Source: Azolla caroliniana
Taxonomy: Eukaryota; Plantae; Polypodiophyta
Assembly (NCBI GenBank): GCA_043228905.1
Contig: JBHGNT010000013.1
Coordinates: forward strand, 868,001-932,000
DNA length: 64,000 nt
Reading direction: 5' to 3'
Of the stretch, positions 52,901-64,000 are shown piece by piece. How positions within the stretch are numbered: position 1 is the stretch's first letter; the number at the start of each line of letters is the position of its first letter. The position numbers and the translations under genes were made by a program. The notes beneath the pieces were generated by a model, which did no database searches, was not told where the DNA came from, and worked only from the letters and a program-made list of their open reading frames with translations.

Positions 52901-55900
52901 TGCACTAAAAACCCAAACAGACAAACCTTCCCCACAAATTTTTGACCAAAACGTTGAGGGTTTATGGTTGTGTATCCCGTATAATCTACCTGGATGTGAA
53001 AAATGAGAACATAATACGAAGAATGAGCCAGTACAGGTATATATTTGTCATTTAACCTATTTCACCACAAAAAAACGAACCTTTATACGGATCAATGGAA
53101 GCTTCAATTCAGGCCGGATAACAACCTTCTTGTTTGCACGATCAATCAAGTCGTGAACCTACCAATCACATGGATTATACAGTCACCATTCATCTATCCT
53201 ATCCAAAATGCAAGATGGTTGAATATAGGGGTCACGGTTTTATGATAAAAATAGCAGTTGCTGATATATTCTATGGGAGAAAAGAAATATATAATTAATA
53301 CCAGTTTGCTTAAATGTTCAAGTACAGATTCAGGATCATTTGGATCAATATCAGCCTCATCTTTTAATGCAACCTTGCAGAGAGACACCAAAAAATACTT
53401 TAGAATACAGTTAGAGCTGGGCCGCAGAAATACAACCTTACTATCAATGGGTGGATAGCAATATACTTCTCCAAATTCAAAGGCCCTGACAGATTCCAAT
53501 GGTATTTTTGTAGGCCGATATTGACTCCCCTGCATCACAACACAACTAACCATAATCCATGTGACTGCTAGAGTCTAGACCTTGGTAATTATACATGAAC
53601 CTCAGAATAACAACTTATTATGAATATGAACGTGCTACTCTTGCATTCACAATTCAATATTAGACTCCCAAAAATAGGGCTTAGAAATCTGTAATGATAA
53701 TAAGTCTCTTATATCTACATAAGACTACTTAATTCACAACTCTTCAAAGGGAGAGGAGAAAAAAAGTTGCAAACCATGAACCCAAGAAAATTAAACTTAA
53801 TGAAGAAAGAAAGAAAGATATATTAACATCTTTTAAGAGGCCAAAATGGCCTAGAAGACCAAATAAGAGATTACATTTTAAGTGTTGTCTCGTCTTTGAG
53901 AACAAATCAAAATAAAATAAATATTACACAGTAAATATAAAAGTAAATAAGATGAAAAGAAAAGAAAAGAGGGAATTTGGTTTTTGGCACATGTGAGATT
54001 CTCAAGTTAGGTATATTGTAGCTTTTGTCTTCGAAAGATCTCTAGCATAGGTCAATCCAGAATGGAAATGACTCCGAAGCGAGGGAACCACCTACGATGG
54101 CGGGAGATAATGGCTTTTGTTTGTCGATGACAAGGGTGTCGAGGTCGTGGTCCATGGGACCAGGGCCTACGTGCACGGCAAATTGCTATTGCCCGATCAA
54201 TTGTAACCCCTTATAAGGTGTTTTATGTCAATATAAGGTGGCCTGATGACGAATCCATCCTCCGATGTATGTAAGAAGTGTGTCTTATAGTGGTCCATCT
54301 TTGTACCAAGTGGTATTTTGGGGCTGATCCATGTTATCTTATTTTCCAAGTTAATAATATCAGTTCGTATCACTCTGTTCTTTTCCACTTTGGTCATATT
54401 TAGATGGGGACAGTCCAAGCTATATTGGAACGGGGGTAGTGCATTTATACTCATGCCATAGGGATCGGCAATGGCTCGGCTCAAGCCTAAACTGTTTGGC
54501 TTAGCGGCTTAGCCGGCTTAAAGCGGCTTAGCGGCTCGGTTTAGGCTTGAACTTGCCTTAACGGTTTGAGCTCGGCTCGGCTTGGCCTGAGCCTCACCAA
54601 ACCGGCTCAACCCAGCAAGCCGTTTAGAAACTTTAGAGCGAGAGGGAGAGAGAGAGAGAGAGAGAGGGAGGGAGACAACCGACAAGGGGAAAGAGAGAGA
54701 GAGGGAGAGAGAGGGAGATTAAATAGACAAGGGGAGAGAGAGAGAGAGTGAGGGAGGGAGAACTACACAGACGAGGAGAGAAAGAAGAAGAAAGAAAGAT
54801 ATATTAACGTCTTTTAAGAGGCCAAAATGGCCTATAAGACCAAATAAGAGATTATATCTTGAGTGTTGTCTCGTCTTTGAGAACAAATCAAAATAAAATA
54901 AATACTACACAGTAAATATAAAAGTAAATAAGATGAAAGGAAAATAAACGAGGGAATCTGGTTTTTGGCACATGTGAGATTCTCAAGTTAGGTATATTGT
55001 AGCTTTTGTCTTCGAAAGATCTCTAGCATAGATTGGTCCAGAATGGAAATGCCTCCGAAGCGAGGGAAGCACCTACGATGGCGGGAGATAATGGCTTTTA
55101 TTTGTCGATGACAAGGGTGTCGAGGTCGTGGTCCATGGGGCCGGAGCCTACGTGCACGGCAAATTGCTATAGCCCGATCAATTGTAACCCCTTTGTTATG
55201 TCTTGGCCTGGAGCCCATTTGTGTATCCCGTGATGGACTTGTAGGATTAGTAGGAGTGATAGGCTAAAGAAAGTTGTGATTGTTCTTTGTGGATGAGTTT
55301 GTGTGGCTGTATTCTTCAACAACTTTTCCCGATGTCTCTTGAGCTCTAGCAAGAAAAGTCCTAGGCATCGTTGGCCCTCATATTCCATTACCTTGCGTAG
55401 TGGGCCAAAGCCTTGTTTAAAGAGGCAATGGTATCTCCCTCTAATTTCATAAAAGACACTACAATGACAAACATAGTGTTCCTCAGATTCCACTCCTTGA
55501 TGACACAATCGGCAAATTCTCTCTTCTAGAGGTAGTCATGTATATCTACCTACCTCAATCTATAGCTGATCTGATGAAGTTCGCAACTGCCCTATCACAC
55601 TACGCAGCGCATAGGATAGATGTATGTCAATATAAGGTGGCCTGATGACGAATCCATCCTCCGATGTATGTAAGAAGTGTGTCTTATAGTGGTCTAGTGG
55701 TCATATTTAGATGGGGACAATCCAAGCTATATTGGAACGGGGGTAGTGCATTTATACTCATGCCATGTGACTCGAACCATTGCTACATTTCAGCATACCA
55801 ACAGTGAGTGTCTCTATTTTCAGCCAGTTGTCTTGATGACATAAGTGCCAACCTTGGGTACCTTCATTTAGGGAGCTCCCAAAGACGTTGGATAAATGTC

Positions 55901-58900
55901 ACTGATCAGAACAATGCCTCGGTTATTATAGGTGCTGCTCCCATCTCTGCCCGGATTATATCGTGGGGCACAGATGCTTTGCTCCTTATCATGTGAGCAA
56001 TCATTGACACTAAAGGTCTCTCTAAATCTTTCCAATGATTTTCCTTGTTAAGACTCGGTCCCCAATTTTCTACTCCATAGAGAAGAGGTGGTGTGACAAG
56101 TGTATCAAATAACCATAGCTTAGTCCGTGGCTCTTGGAACTGCAAATGTGCACATTGTCTCTCAAGAGCACCAAGGGCTGCATATCCCCGAGAAAGTCGG
56201 GCACAAGCAGCCTCCTGTAAGGAGAACCTAGGTCCTATAAATGTTACTTCTAGGTATGTGTAGGAGTGTGTGTATTCCACCTTTTCCTTCCCCAAGAAGA
56301 ATTCTGGTTCTGATCTCGTTACCCATGCTTGAGTGGTGTTAAACACCATCACTTTAGTTTTGTCCATGTTGATTGACAAACCTTTGTCCGTACAAAATAG
56401 TTTTAAGGCATTTAGATGTCTTTGTAGTCCCTCCGGAGAGTCAGAAATCAGCACAATCTCATCAGCATATAGTAATATTTGTATAGCTATACCTGCTAGG
56501 TGTGCTCCGGAACCCCCGAATCTCTCTATGTAATGTGATACCTCATCTATATAGAGACCGAAGAGAGTGGGGGATAGTGGGCATCCTTGCTTTACTGCAA
56601 TTGTTCTAGCCACAACCTCTGACAAGCCCCTAGAAGACAACACTTTTCCTGACACGGATTCATAGAGTGCATAGATTCCCCATTGCATATCTATAGGAAC
56701 ACCAAGGGCTTCTAGCTGCTGCATAAGCCATGCACATGGCACAGTGTCAAAGGCTTTTCGAAAATCCACAAAGCAGCAATAAATCCTCTTATTGTGGGCT
56801 CTGCCCTCCTCAATAAGGGCCCGGAGGGTGAATATGTGATCTAAAGTTGTGAACCCCTTCCGAAAGCCTGCCTATCCAACTGAACGGCAGCCATTCTGCT
56901 CTGCCCATATACTCAATTCTGATTCTAGAATCGACCCATATAGTTTAGCTAAGTAATGGCCAATCATGATTGTCCTATAGTTGCTTGGCATCATGGGGTC
57001 TCCACTCTTGAGGATTGGCACAATGGTATGCTGAGTCCATCTAGTAGGGAAACCTTCCCACATGGCTCTATTAAAGATGTGTGCTAGCAATGGGAGCAAG
57101 GTGTCACGGGCATAGATAAAGTGCTCACCTACCAATCCATCATGATCTTGGCCCTTCCCAAATTGTAGCCAAAAACAACTATGAATGCAATCTCCTTTTT
57201 TCATGCAACTATGCTGAAAAGCAACGATCATTAATGTTTCATGCTCGAAGTGGAAATTTTAAAATCTCCATCAAATTTGTTTTATATTCACATTATATAG
57301 ACACCTGATAAAAGAGAAATTGTGCCTGCAGCCTCCCTAAAAACCATGGTCATTGAACTGAAGAAAATTTAATCAATCAATACCAATAACATCAATGACA
57401 AGGAAAACTGCTTACTTTTCTATTGCAAACTGTCTTCCAATGGAGCACTCAAAAAAGCAAGCAAGCAATATCTCAATAGCATTAGTTATAACCTGTCACT
57501 AACAAATGCTCATGCAAAAGTGACTTTATTTAGAGTTGTACCATGCTGGTTTCTACTTCTCTTACAAGTTAAACCTATACATCTATTTTTGCCTATTTGC
57601 ACCTTCTCTCTAAAAAACAGTAAATTATCCGTAGATGTGTGGCAAGTTTATTATAAAACCTACATTTAGGGAATTAAAACATTAAGCTTTTGACGCATCT
57701 GGCTATAAAAAAATGAGCCTAGATTCCATCAACTTAGTCATTATTATGTTCATGTAGAGTACTCTTTTATCTATAAACAAGGAAAAGGAAAAAATTCAGA
57801 AGCTGAGACAAAGGAACATCACATAGGTCACTGTTCTGTCAGAAGAAGATGGCCATTTTTCACAGAAGGTTTTGGAGTCTTACACTGTATTATTGACATC
57901 ATGAACCAAATATGCTTCAAATTCTTGCTAGACCCTCAATGCTATGAGGGAAACTGCTGATAGACATACTCAAAGTTCAATGTGCTGATTAACCTACTGA
58001 TGAAATTAATACAGCTTAAGTGGCATACAGGCGGTATGTTCAATAAACTACAGAGGAGGGTTATGACGCCAATCAGCAGAGTTGGCCCTCCTCTGGGCAC
58101 TCGTCATTCGAGATGACTATTTGTTCTCTTCTGATTCATCACATCTGGCAGATTTAATTTCCCTTTTGAGACTTAAAATTTTATGCAGTATCCTTGATAT
58201 TCTCTGGTAACATGACATCTTTTCGTGTCACACAATAATTAAAAATTTAGAACCCATCCTATTGCTTAAGAAAATAATCTAGAAAACCACCATCACTCAA
58301 ATGGATTTCAGAAAATATAAACCAAGTTGTGGATTCAAATAAAGTTTCCCACGTAAGAAAAATCTATTCATACGCAAATTCCAAGATATTTCTTTATACT
58401 CATATGTTCCTAGTGCAAAGTGCAGCATGGAGATGCATAGAATTGACACATAGCCTTTGTCTCCATATGTACCTTTATCTCCAATAAAAGAACATGTTTT
58501 GGTTTTGCTTCACCGTCGATAAGCGAGGTTGCTATAGAAGATCCAGGTTGAGATAAGTGAAATCCCATCCCTGCCACCTCCTACACATGAGCACACGTAT
58601 GTAGAGATTATAAAGACTGTTTAAGTAAAGTAGGCAAATATAAATTGAACGGCTATAAGATTCAACCTCTGGATCCACCAAGCATTCGTGTTCATGCCCC
58701 CAAATAATAAAATCTAAGAAACGTGGAAGAAAATGTTCATTGATTGCATTTTTCGGATTAGTTTTCACCCTATAAACAGCAAGAAAAAATGAGTCATGTC
58801 CTTTCAATTCATATTGAATACTGCAGTCTGTAATCAACAGATTTTCTTGCCTATTTTGATGGAGCACTAATATGTTGAACCAATCAGAAACTGAAGAGCC

Positions 58901-59174
58901 ACTATCAATTTCAGGGCGGATCCACCTTACTGCATGAGGTGTCTATTTGTATCAAAAGTATAAGTAGCGGCAAACACCAATTGATATTAAATACTCAGAA
59001 TAACTTCCATAAGCATATAATATACATATATACATGTATATGTGTGTGTGTATGTGTATGTGAACTCAGGCATTTACACGCAAAAAACAAGGGAGAATTT
59101 TAAACCTGAAACATACGATTCAGACGCTCATCACGGATGTTTCCAAATCCATATAATGCCAGCTTTGTTCCCCC
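49983..59174 (-). CDS. MRE11: Double-strand break repair nuclease MRE11, 3' portion (17 exons visible; 5' exons lie beyond the intronic copia, outside the window)
   Basis: Exons 59106-59174, 58851-58942, 58667-58769, 58473-58580, 53467-53529, 53302-53373, 53081-53158, 52927-52989, 52770-52833, 51911-51993, 51700-51813, 51486-51566, 51329-51400, 51014-51243, 50716-50839, 50379-50588 and 49983-50015, with consistent phases. Motifs LYGFGNIRDERL, WFNILVLHQNR, FIIWGHEHEC, QPGSSIATSLIDGE, INPQRFGQKFVGKVANP and a GR-rich C-terminus. Confidence 0.96.
53802..54458 (-). mobile_element. Truncated second copy of the LINE 3' end, in an MRE11 intron
   Basis: Diverged direct repeat of 54787-55765, each copy carrying a segment the other lacks. 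Confidence 0.82.
54459..54630. mobile_element. One end of a hAT-like DNA transposon, followed by a GA-rich tract to ~54790
   Basis: Starts TAGGGATCGGCAATGG and has clustered CGGCT/AGCCG subterminal repeats. The second terminal repeat was not found. Confidence 0.55.
54787..57170 (-). mobile_element. 5'-truncated non-LTR retrotransposon (RTE/RTEX-like LINE) in an MRE11 intron
   Basis: RT motifs NYRTIMI, DFRKAFDTV, KQGCPLSPTLF, LLYADE and KTKVMVF. C-terminal C..C...ESEEH....C..F..IR. (CTTT)n-type tail. Stops and frameshifts present. Confidence 0.88.
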
Positions 59175-59706
59175 CTAAACAAAAGGCAAATGGACATCAG
59201 ATGGAAAATAATGCAATAATCAAATATATAACACAAAATATTCACACATACAAAAGGAAAGATTAAATGAAAGCTTACATGGAGGCACTGGTTGAATTTT
59301 GAAATGACTGAATAAGGAATAAAGGTGGATGTATAAAACCAATTCAATATGAAAACACAGATTCACGTGATGTTCATGGGGAATCACAGCTAAATTACAT
59401 GACGGTCATGAGATTAATTGATGCCCTTATCTCTTCACTGATATGTGCAGTCAGCGGGATTGTTAATTCTAAATAGGCAGTTTACTACAAACTTGTATTA
59501 TGATTAGGCACTGGAAATAGAGATCCGTGGTTCCCACCAGAATTCTATACTGGTGAATACATGATTACTGACAGGTGTGATGGAGGCACAGCAATATTGT
59601 ACATTGGTGCTGGGATCAGAGACAGTCAAGTCATTGTACTGTGCTGGGCAAAATTCCCATCAAGCTGAACGCAAAGCAATACCAAGACACACTTAGGTTT
59701 GTTAGG

Positions 59707-62700
59707 TGTAAAGGCCCGTAGTTCACAAATTAGGTAATTATTCGTATATGTGAACACATTGTTCACTTGGACAGGACACCTCCTTTTATAATGTGAACAC
59801 ACCACTTTCTATGTAAGGTTAACTAATATAATAACCTTCTTTTTTCTTGTGTACCAATCAAGACGGTTGGGTACACCAAAGATCTGTGTGTCTCTACTCT
59901 CATCTCTACTACAGTCCTGTTTGCTGAACGTCATCTCTCAATAGCTGATCCGTCAAACATCCCTCTTTACCTTTAACTGGTATCAGAGCCAAATCTCTTT
60001 CCTCTACTTTGCTGTTTTTCTTTAGATTCAGAATCAGCAAAAAACACAGATTTAAAAAATAAAAATAAAAATAAAATAAAATCTGTCAGACCCTTTCCTA
60101 TTGGTATTCTGCTCAATTTCTGAAGGCATCTGTCATAAATCTTGGGAGCAATGGCCTCCACTTCAGTTGAAGTGAAAAACCTCTTTGAAATCAAGAGATT
60201 TGATGGAAAAGGTTTCAAATTGTGGAAAGAGCGTATGCTGGGCATCCTCTTTCTAAGAGATTGTGAAGATGCTCTTGTAGAAAAGAAACCAGAGAGCATG
60301 GAAAATGATGCTTGGAACACTCTGAATAAGAAAGCCATTACATATATTAAAATGGTTGTTTCTGATGAAATTCTTGTAGATGTAAAGGGCTTGACTATTG
60401 CCCATCAAGTTTGGGAGAAACTTAAGAAAACTTACGAGAATACTACTCCTGTGAATCAGGTGCATTTGATGAGAAAACTTGTCAGTATGAGGCTTGATGA
60501 GTCGAAAGGTGCAACAGAGCATCTATCTTTATTCACAGGTACTCTCTCCCAACTACAAGATTCAGGATTACCAGCTTTTGATGACAAGCTCAAAGCTATC
60601 TTCCTACTTATGACTTTACCGGATTCGTGGGAAACATTAGTTGTTTCACTATCTAATAGCCCCACCTTGACCTTCGATGGTGTGCGGGGCTCTATTCTCA
60701 GTGAAGAGATTAGAAGACAATCTAGCGGAGAAGGTAGTGGTTCAGCATACAATATTAGGGGGAGATATGATAAGAGGAACCCAAATGTAGGACAAAGAAA
60801 TAGAAGTAAGAGTAGAGGGAAAGGAAAACAACAAGATATCACTTGCTATCATTGTGGCCGTAAAGGTCATAAGAAACCTGATTGTAGATATTGGAAGATG
60901 GAACTAGAAAGGAAGAAGAATGTTGGAGAGAAGAAAAACAAAGAGGATAAGTTTAATACAACAGAGAAAGCTAATATGGCTTCAAATGTTATCATTGAAG
61001 ACCTATCTGGTGAAGATGGTGATGTACTTTGTATTACAGGTGATGCCTTTATAGCTCATGTTCAAGACATGCAAATCACCAAAACAGATGTTATTGATGC
61101 TTTATTGTCAATTGATGATGGATTGACACAGACATGGATAGTAGACTCTGGGGCTTCTTTTCATGTTACTCCATGTTTGGAGTGCTTTACCACATTTGAT
61201 GCAGGCAGTTATGGAAAAGTTTATCTTGGTAACAATAGTGCTTGCAATATTGATGGTATTGGAACCATACACTTGTCTTTGGATAATGGTCAAGAGCTTG
61301 TGCTCAAAGATGTTAGGTATGTACCTGGCATAAAGAAAAGTTTGCTATCTGTAGGACAGATGGATTTGCATGGTTACACCACATTATTCGGTGGTGGATT
61401 ATGGAAACTAAAGAAAGGATCTATGGTTATTGTGAAAGGTTGCAAAAAGGGCACTTTGTACTGTTTGCAATGCAAAGCTTTACCTGGAAAGTTTCTTGCT
61501 ATTGCTGAATTCGACTCTCGTTTAGAGCTTTGGCATAAGAGATTAGGACATATGAGCCAAAAAGGACTTGAAGTCCTTTCTGCTTTAAAAAGATTTGATG
61601 TTAAAGGATCAAAGCTGGTTTCTTGTAATGATTGTCTATTTGGCAAACAAGTGAGAAATTCTTATTATTCTGGTATCTCTCGTAAACCAAATGTGCTAGA
61701 TTTGGTGCATTCTGATGTATGTAGCATGCCTATAAAATCCTTGGGCGGTGCTGCATATTTTATTTCCTTTATCGATGATTATTCTAGGAAGATTTGGGTG
61801 TACTTGATGAAAAGAAAAGGTGATGCATTTGATGCATTTAAATCTTTTCATGCATTTGTGACTACTCAAAAAGGGACAAAACTGAAATGTCTCAGAACAG
61901 ATAATGGGGGTGAGTTTACATCTGCAGAATTTAAGTCTTATTGTGACTTACATGGTATTAAAAGAGAGCTTACTGCTCCATATAACCCTTCATCAAATGG
62001 GGTGGCAGAAAGGTATAATAGGACCTTGTGTGAGCGAGTACGATGCATGCTGTCCACAGCTAATCTCCCTCATGAATTTTGGGGAGAAGCATTAAAAACC
62101 GCGGTTCATATATGTAATCGTTCTCCCAACAAGTCCTTAAATGGAATCCCTGAGGAGGTTTGGTCTGGCAAACCAGCTTCATATGACCATTTACGAATTT
62201 TCGGTTGTGATGCGTTTGTACACATTAGAAGTGAGCTGAGAAATAAGCTCGATGCTAAGTCCACCATGGGCATTTTTATGGGCTATGGTGATGAAGGTGA
62301 AATGGGCTATAGGATTTGGTTACCTCAGTCCAGAAAAATTGTACGCAGCCGGGATGTTGTTTTTAATGAAGAAAAATTGCTGAAAAATGCTTGTTCCTCT
62401 GTTGGGAACTCTAAGAGCGTTACATTTCAGCAATTACAGCCATCCACAAAATCTGAAAATAAACCTCATGATGCTATACCAAAGGTTGAATATGATGGTC
62501 AACCGGTTATCTTTGAGCCAGAAGAAGTTGGACAGCAAAGAGATGCTCATGAAGATATTGGTCAACGAGATGAAGGTACTGAAGAACAAAATATAAATGT
62601 CGAACAACATGCTGGACATGGTTCGCAACAGCCAGAAAGTGCTGAAAATGATTTTCCTCCAGATTTAGAACCAATCCCAAAAAATACTGATCATTGGGTA

Positions 62701-64000
62701 CGTAGGTCTAATCGTTCAAGGAGGCAGGTATATAGATATGACCCCTCTTTGCATTATGTCATGCTGTCAGATGAGGGTGAACCTCTTACTTATAAGGAGG
62801 CAATGTCATGTGAACTTAGTAGTAAGTGGGAGCTTGCAATGCAAGAAGAAATAAAATCTTTATATGCAAATGATACATGGGATCTTGTGTCCTTACCTCA
62901 AGGAAGGAAAGCTCTTCCAAATAAGTGGGTTTATAAGGTAAAGGAAATTGAAGGGAAACCAAAATACAAGGCAAGATTAGTTGCCAAGGGTTATGCACAG
63001 AAGGAAGGTATTGACTTCCAAGAGGTCTTCTCTCCTGTTGTGAAGATGACCACACTTCATGTGCTATTTGCTCTCACTGCAATGCTTAATTTGGAGTTGT
63101 ACCAAATGGATGTAAAGACCGCTTTTTTGCATGAAGAGATTAGTTGCCAAGGGTTATGCACAGAAGGAAGGTATTGACTTCCAAGAGGTCTTCTCTCCTG
63201 TTGTGAAGATGACCACACTTCGTGTGCTATTTGCTCTCACTGCAATGCTTAATTTGGAGTTGTACCAAATGGATGTAAAGACCGCTTTTTTGCATGGTGA
63301 TATTGATGAAGATATCTACATGAAACAACCTGAGGGTTTTGTAGTCTCTAACAAGGAGCATTTGGTATGCAAACTAAAACGTAGCTTGTATGGCCTAAAA
63401 CAAGCACCACGACAGTGGTATAAGAAGTTTGATACTTTTATGCTTTCTCAAGGCTTTGATCGTAGCTATGCAGATCATTGTTTATACACGAAAAAGGATA
63501 TCGATGACAATCCTATCATACTTGTTCTATATGTGGATGATATGTTGCTAGCTGGGAAAAGAAAGACTAGTCTTGATGCTCTAAAAGATCAACTGAAATT
63601 GGTCTTCTCTATGAAAGATTTGGGAAATGCAGAGCATATTTTGGGCATGAGAATCAATAGAAACAGAAAAGACAAATTGTTGTTTTTGTCACAAGAAAAG
63701 TACATTGAAAAAGTGCTTAACAGATTTAATATGGCAGAAGCAAAGTCTCTTGGAGTTCCTTTGCCATCATATCTTAAACTCAGCAAGGCTGATTGTCCAA
63801 AGGATGAGATGGAAATCAATGCTATGAAGGGAATTCCTTATGCATCAGCATGTGGTTCTCTAATGTATGCTATGGTAGCTACTCGTCCAGATATTGCTTA
63901 TGCAGTGGGAGTTGTTAGTCGCTATATGTCTAATCCCGGGAAAGCACATTGGGAGGCTGTCAAGTGTGTTTTCAGGTATCTTAAAGGTACACAGAGAAAA
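59707..64000 (+). mobile_element. Young Ty1/copia element (Tnt1/Tork-like) inserted antisense in an MRE11 intron; 5' LTR ~59707-59976; continues beyond the window
   Basis: Short LTR TGTAAAGG...CCTTTA, PBS TGGTATCAGAGCC (initiator tRNA-Met) at 59978-59990, and a long open polyprotein. LTR start uncertain (59700 or 59707). Confidence 0.93.
60151..64000 (+). pseudogene. Copia gag-PR-INT-RT polyprotein, frameshifted by an internal tandem duplication at 62974-63296
   Basis: CYHCGRKGHKKPDC, WIVDSGASFH, LWHKRLGH, LRTDNGGEF and YKARLVAKG. After 63137 it continues in another frame with SLYGLKQAPRQW and LYVDDML. Confidence 0.9.

Noticed and set aside
60253-63819. Antisense ORFs overlapping retroelement polyproteins, here and throughout the island
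   Set aside because: Shadow frames of coding sequence with no independent motifs.

Overview
Eukaryotic, intron-rich plant DNA, probably from a non-seed land plant such as a fern (inferred from the retroelement families and the PLS-class PPR gene). It has two domains. (1) 1-36485 is a nested LTR-retrotransposon island. A decayed minus-strand Ty1/copia host is split by two copies of a non-chromoviral Ty3/gypsy family 'A' (A1 partial, A2 full length) and by a gypsy family 'B' element (B1). B1 contains a second B-type element (B2), which contains a family 'C' element related to A. A B-type solo LTR, a second copia remnant and a collapsed A-like remnant are also present. (2) 36.5-64 kb is a gene region: an intact 12-exon RuvB-like 1 gene (+), an intronless PLS-E PPR gene (-), and the 3' part of MRE11 (-), whose introns carry a LINE, a hAT-like end and a young copia. 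Main findings: families A and C have no polypurine tract and instead carry a conserved tRNA-Arg 3'-end-like sequence ending in CCA, 2 nt before the 3' LTR, plus a long conserved extra ORF. Family B has 4-bp CpG-centred target duplications, no canonical PBS and an antisense tRNA-like A-box/B-box module in its LTRs. Family labels A-F are mine. All coordinates were counted by eye.
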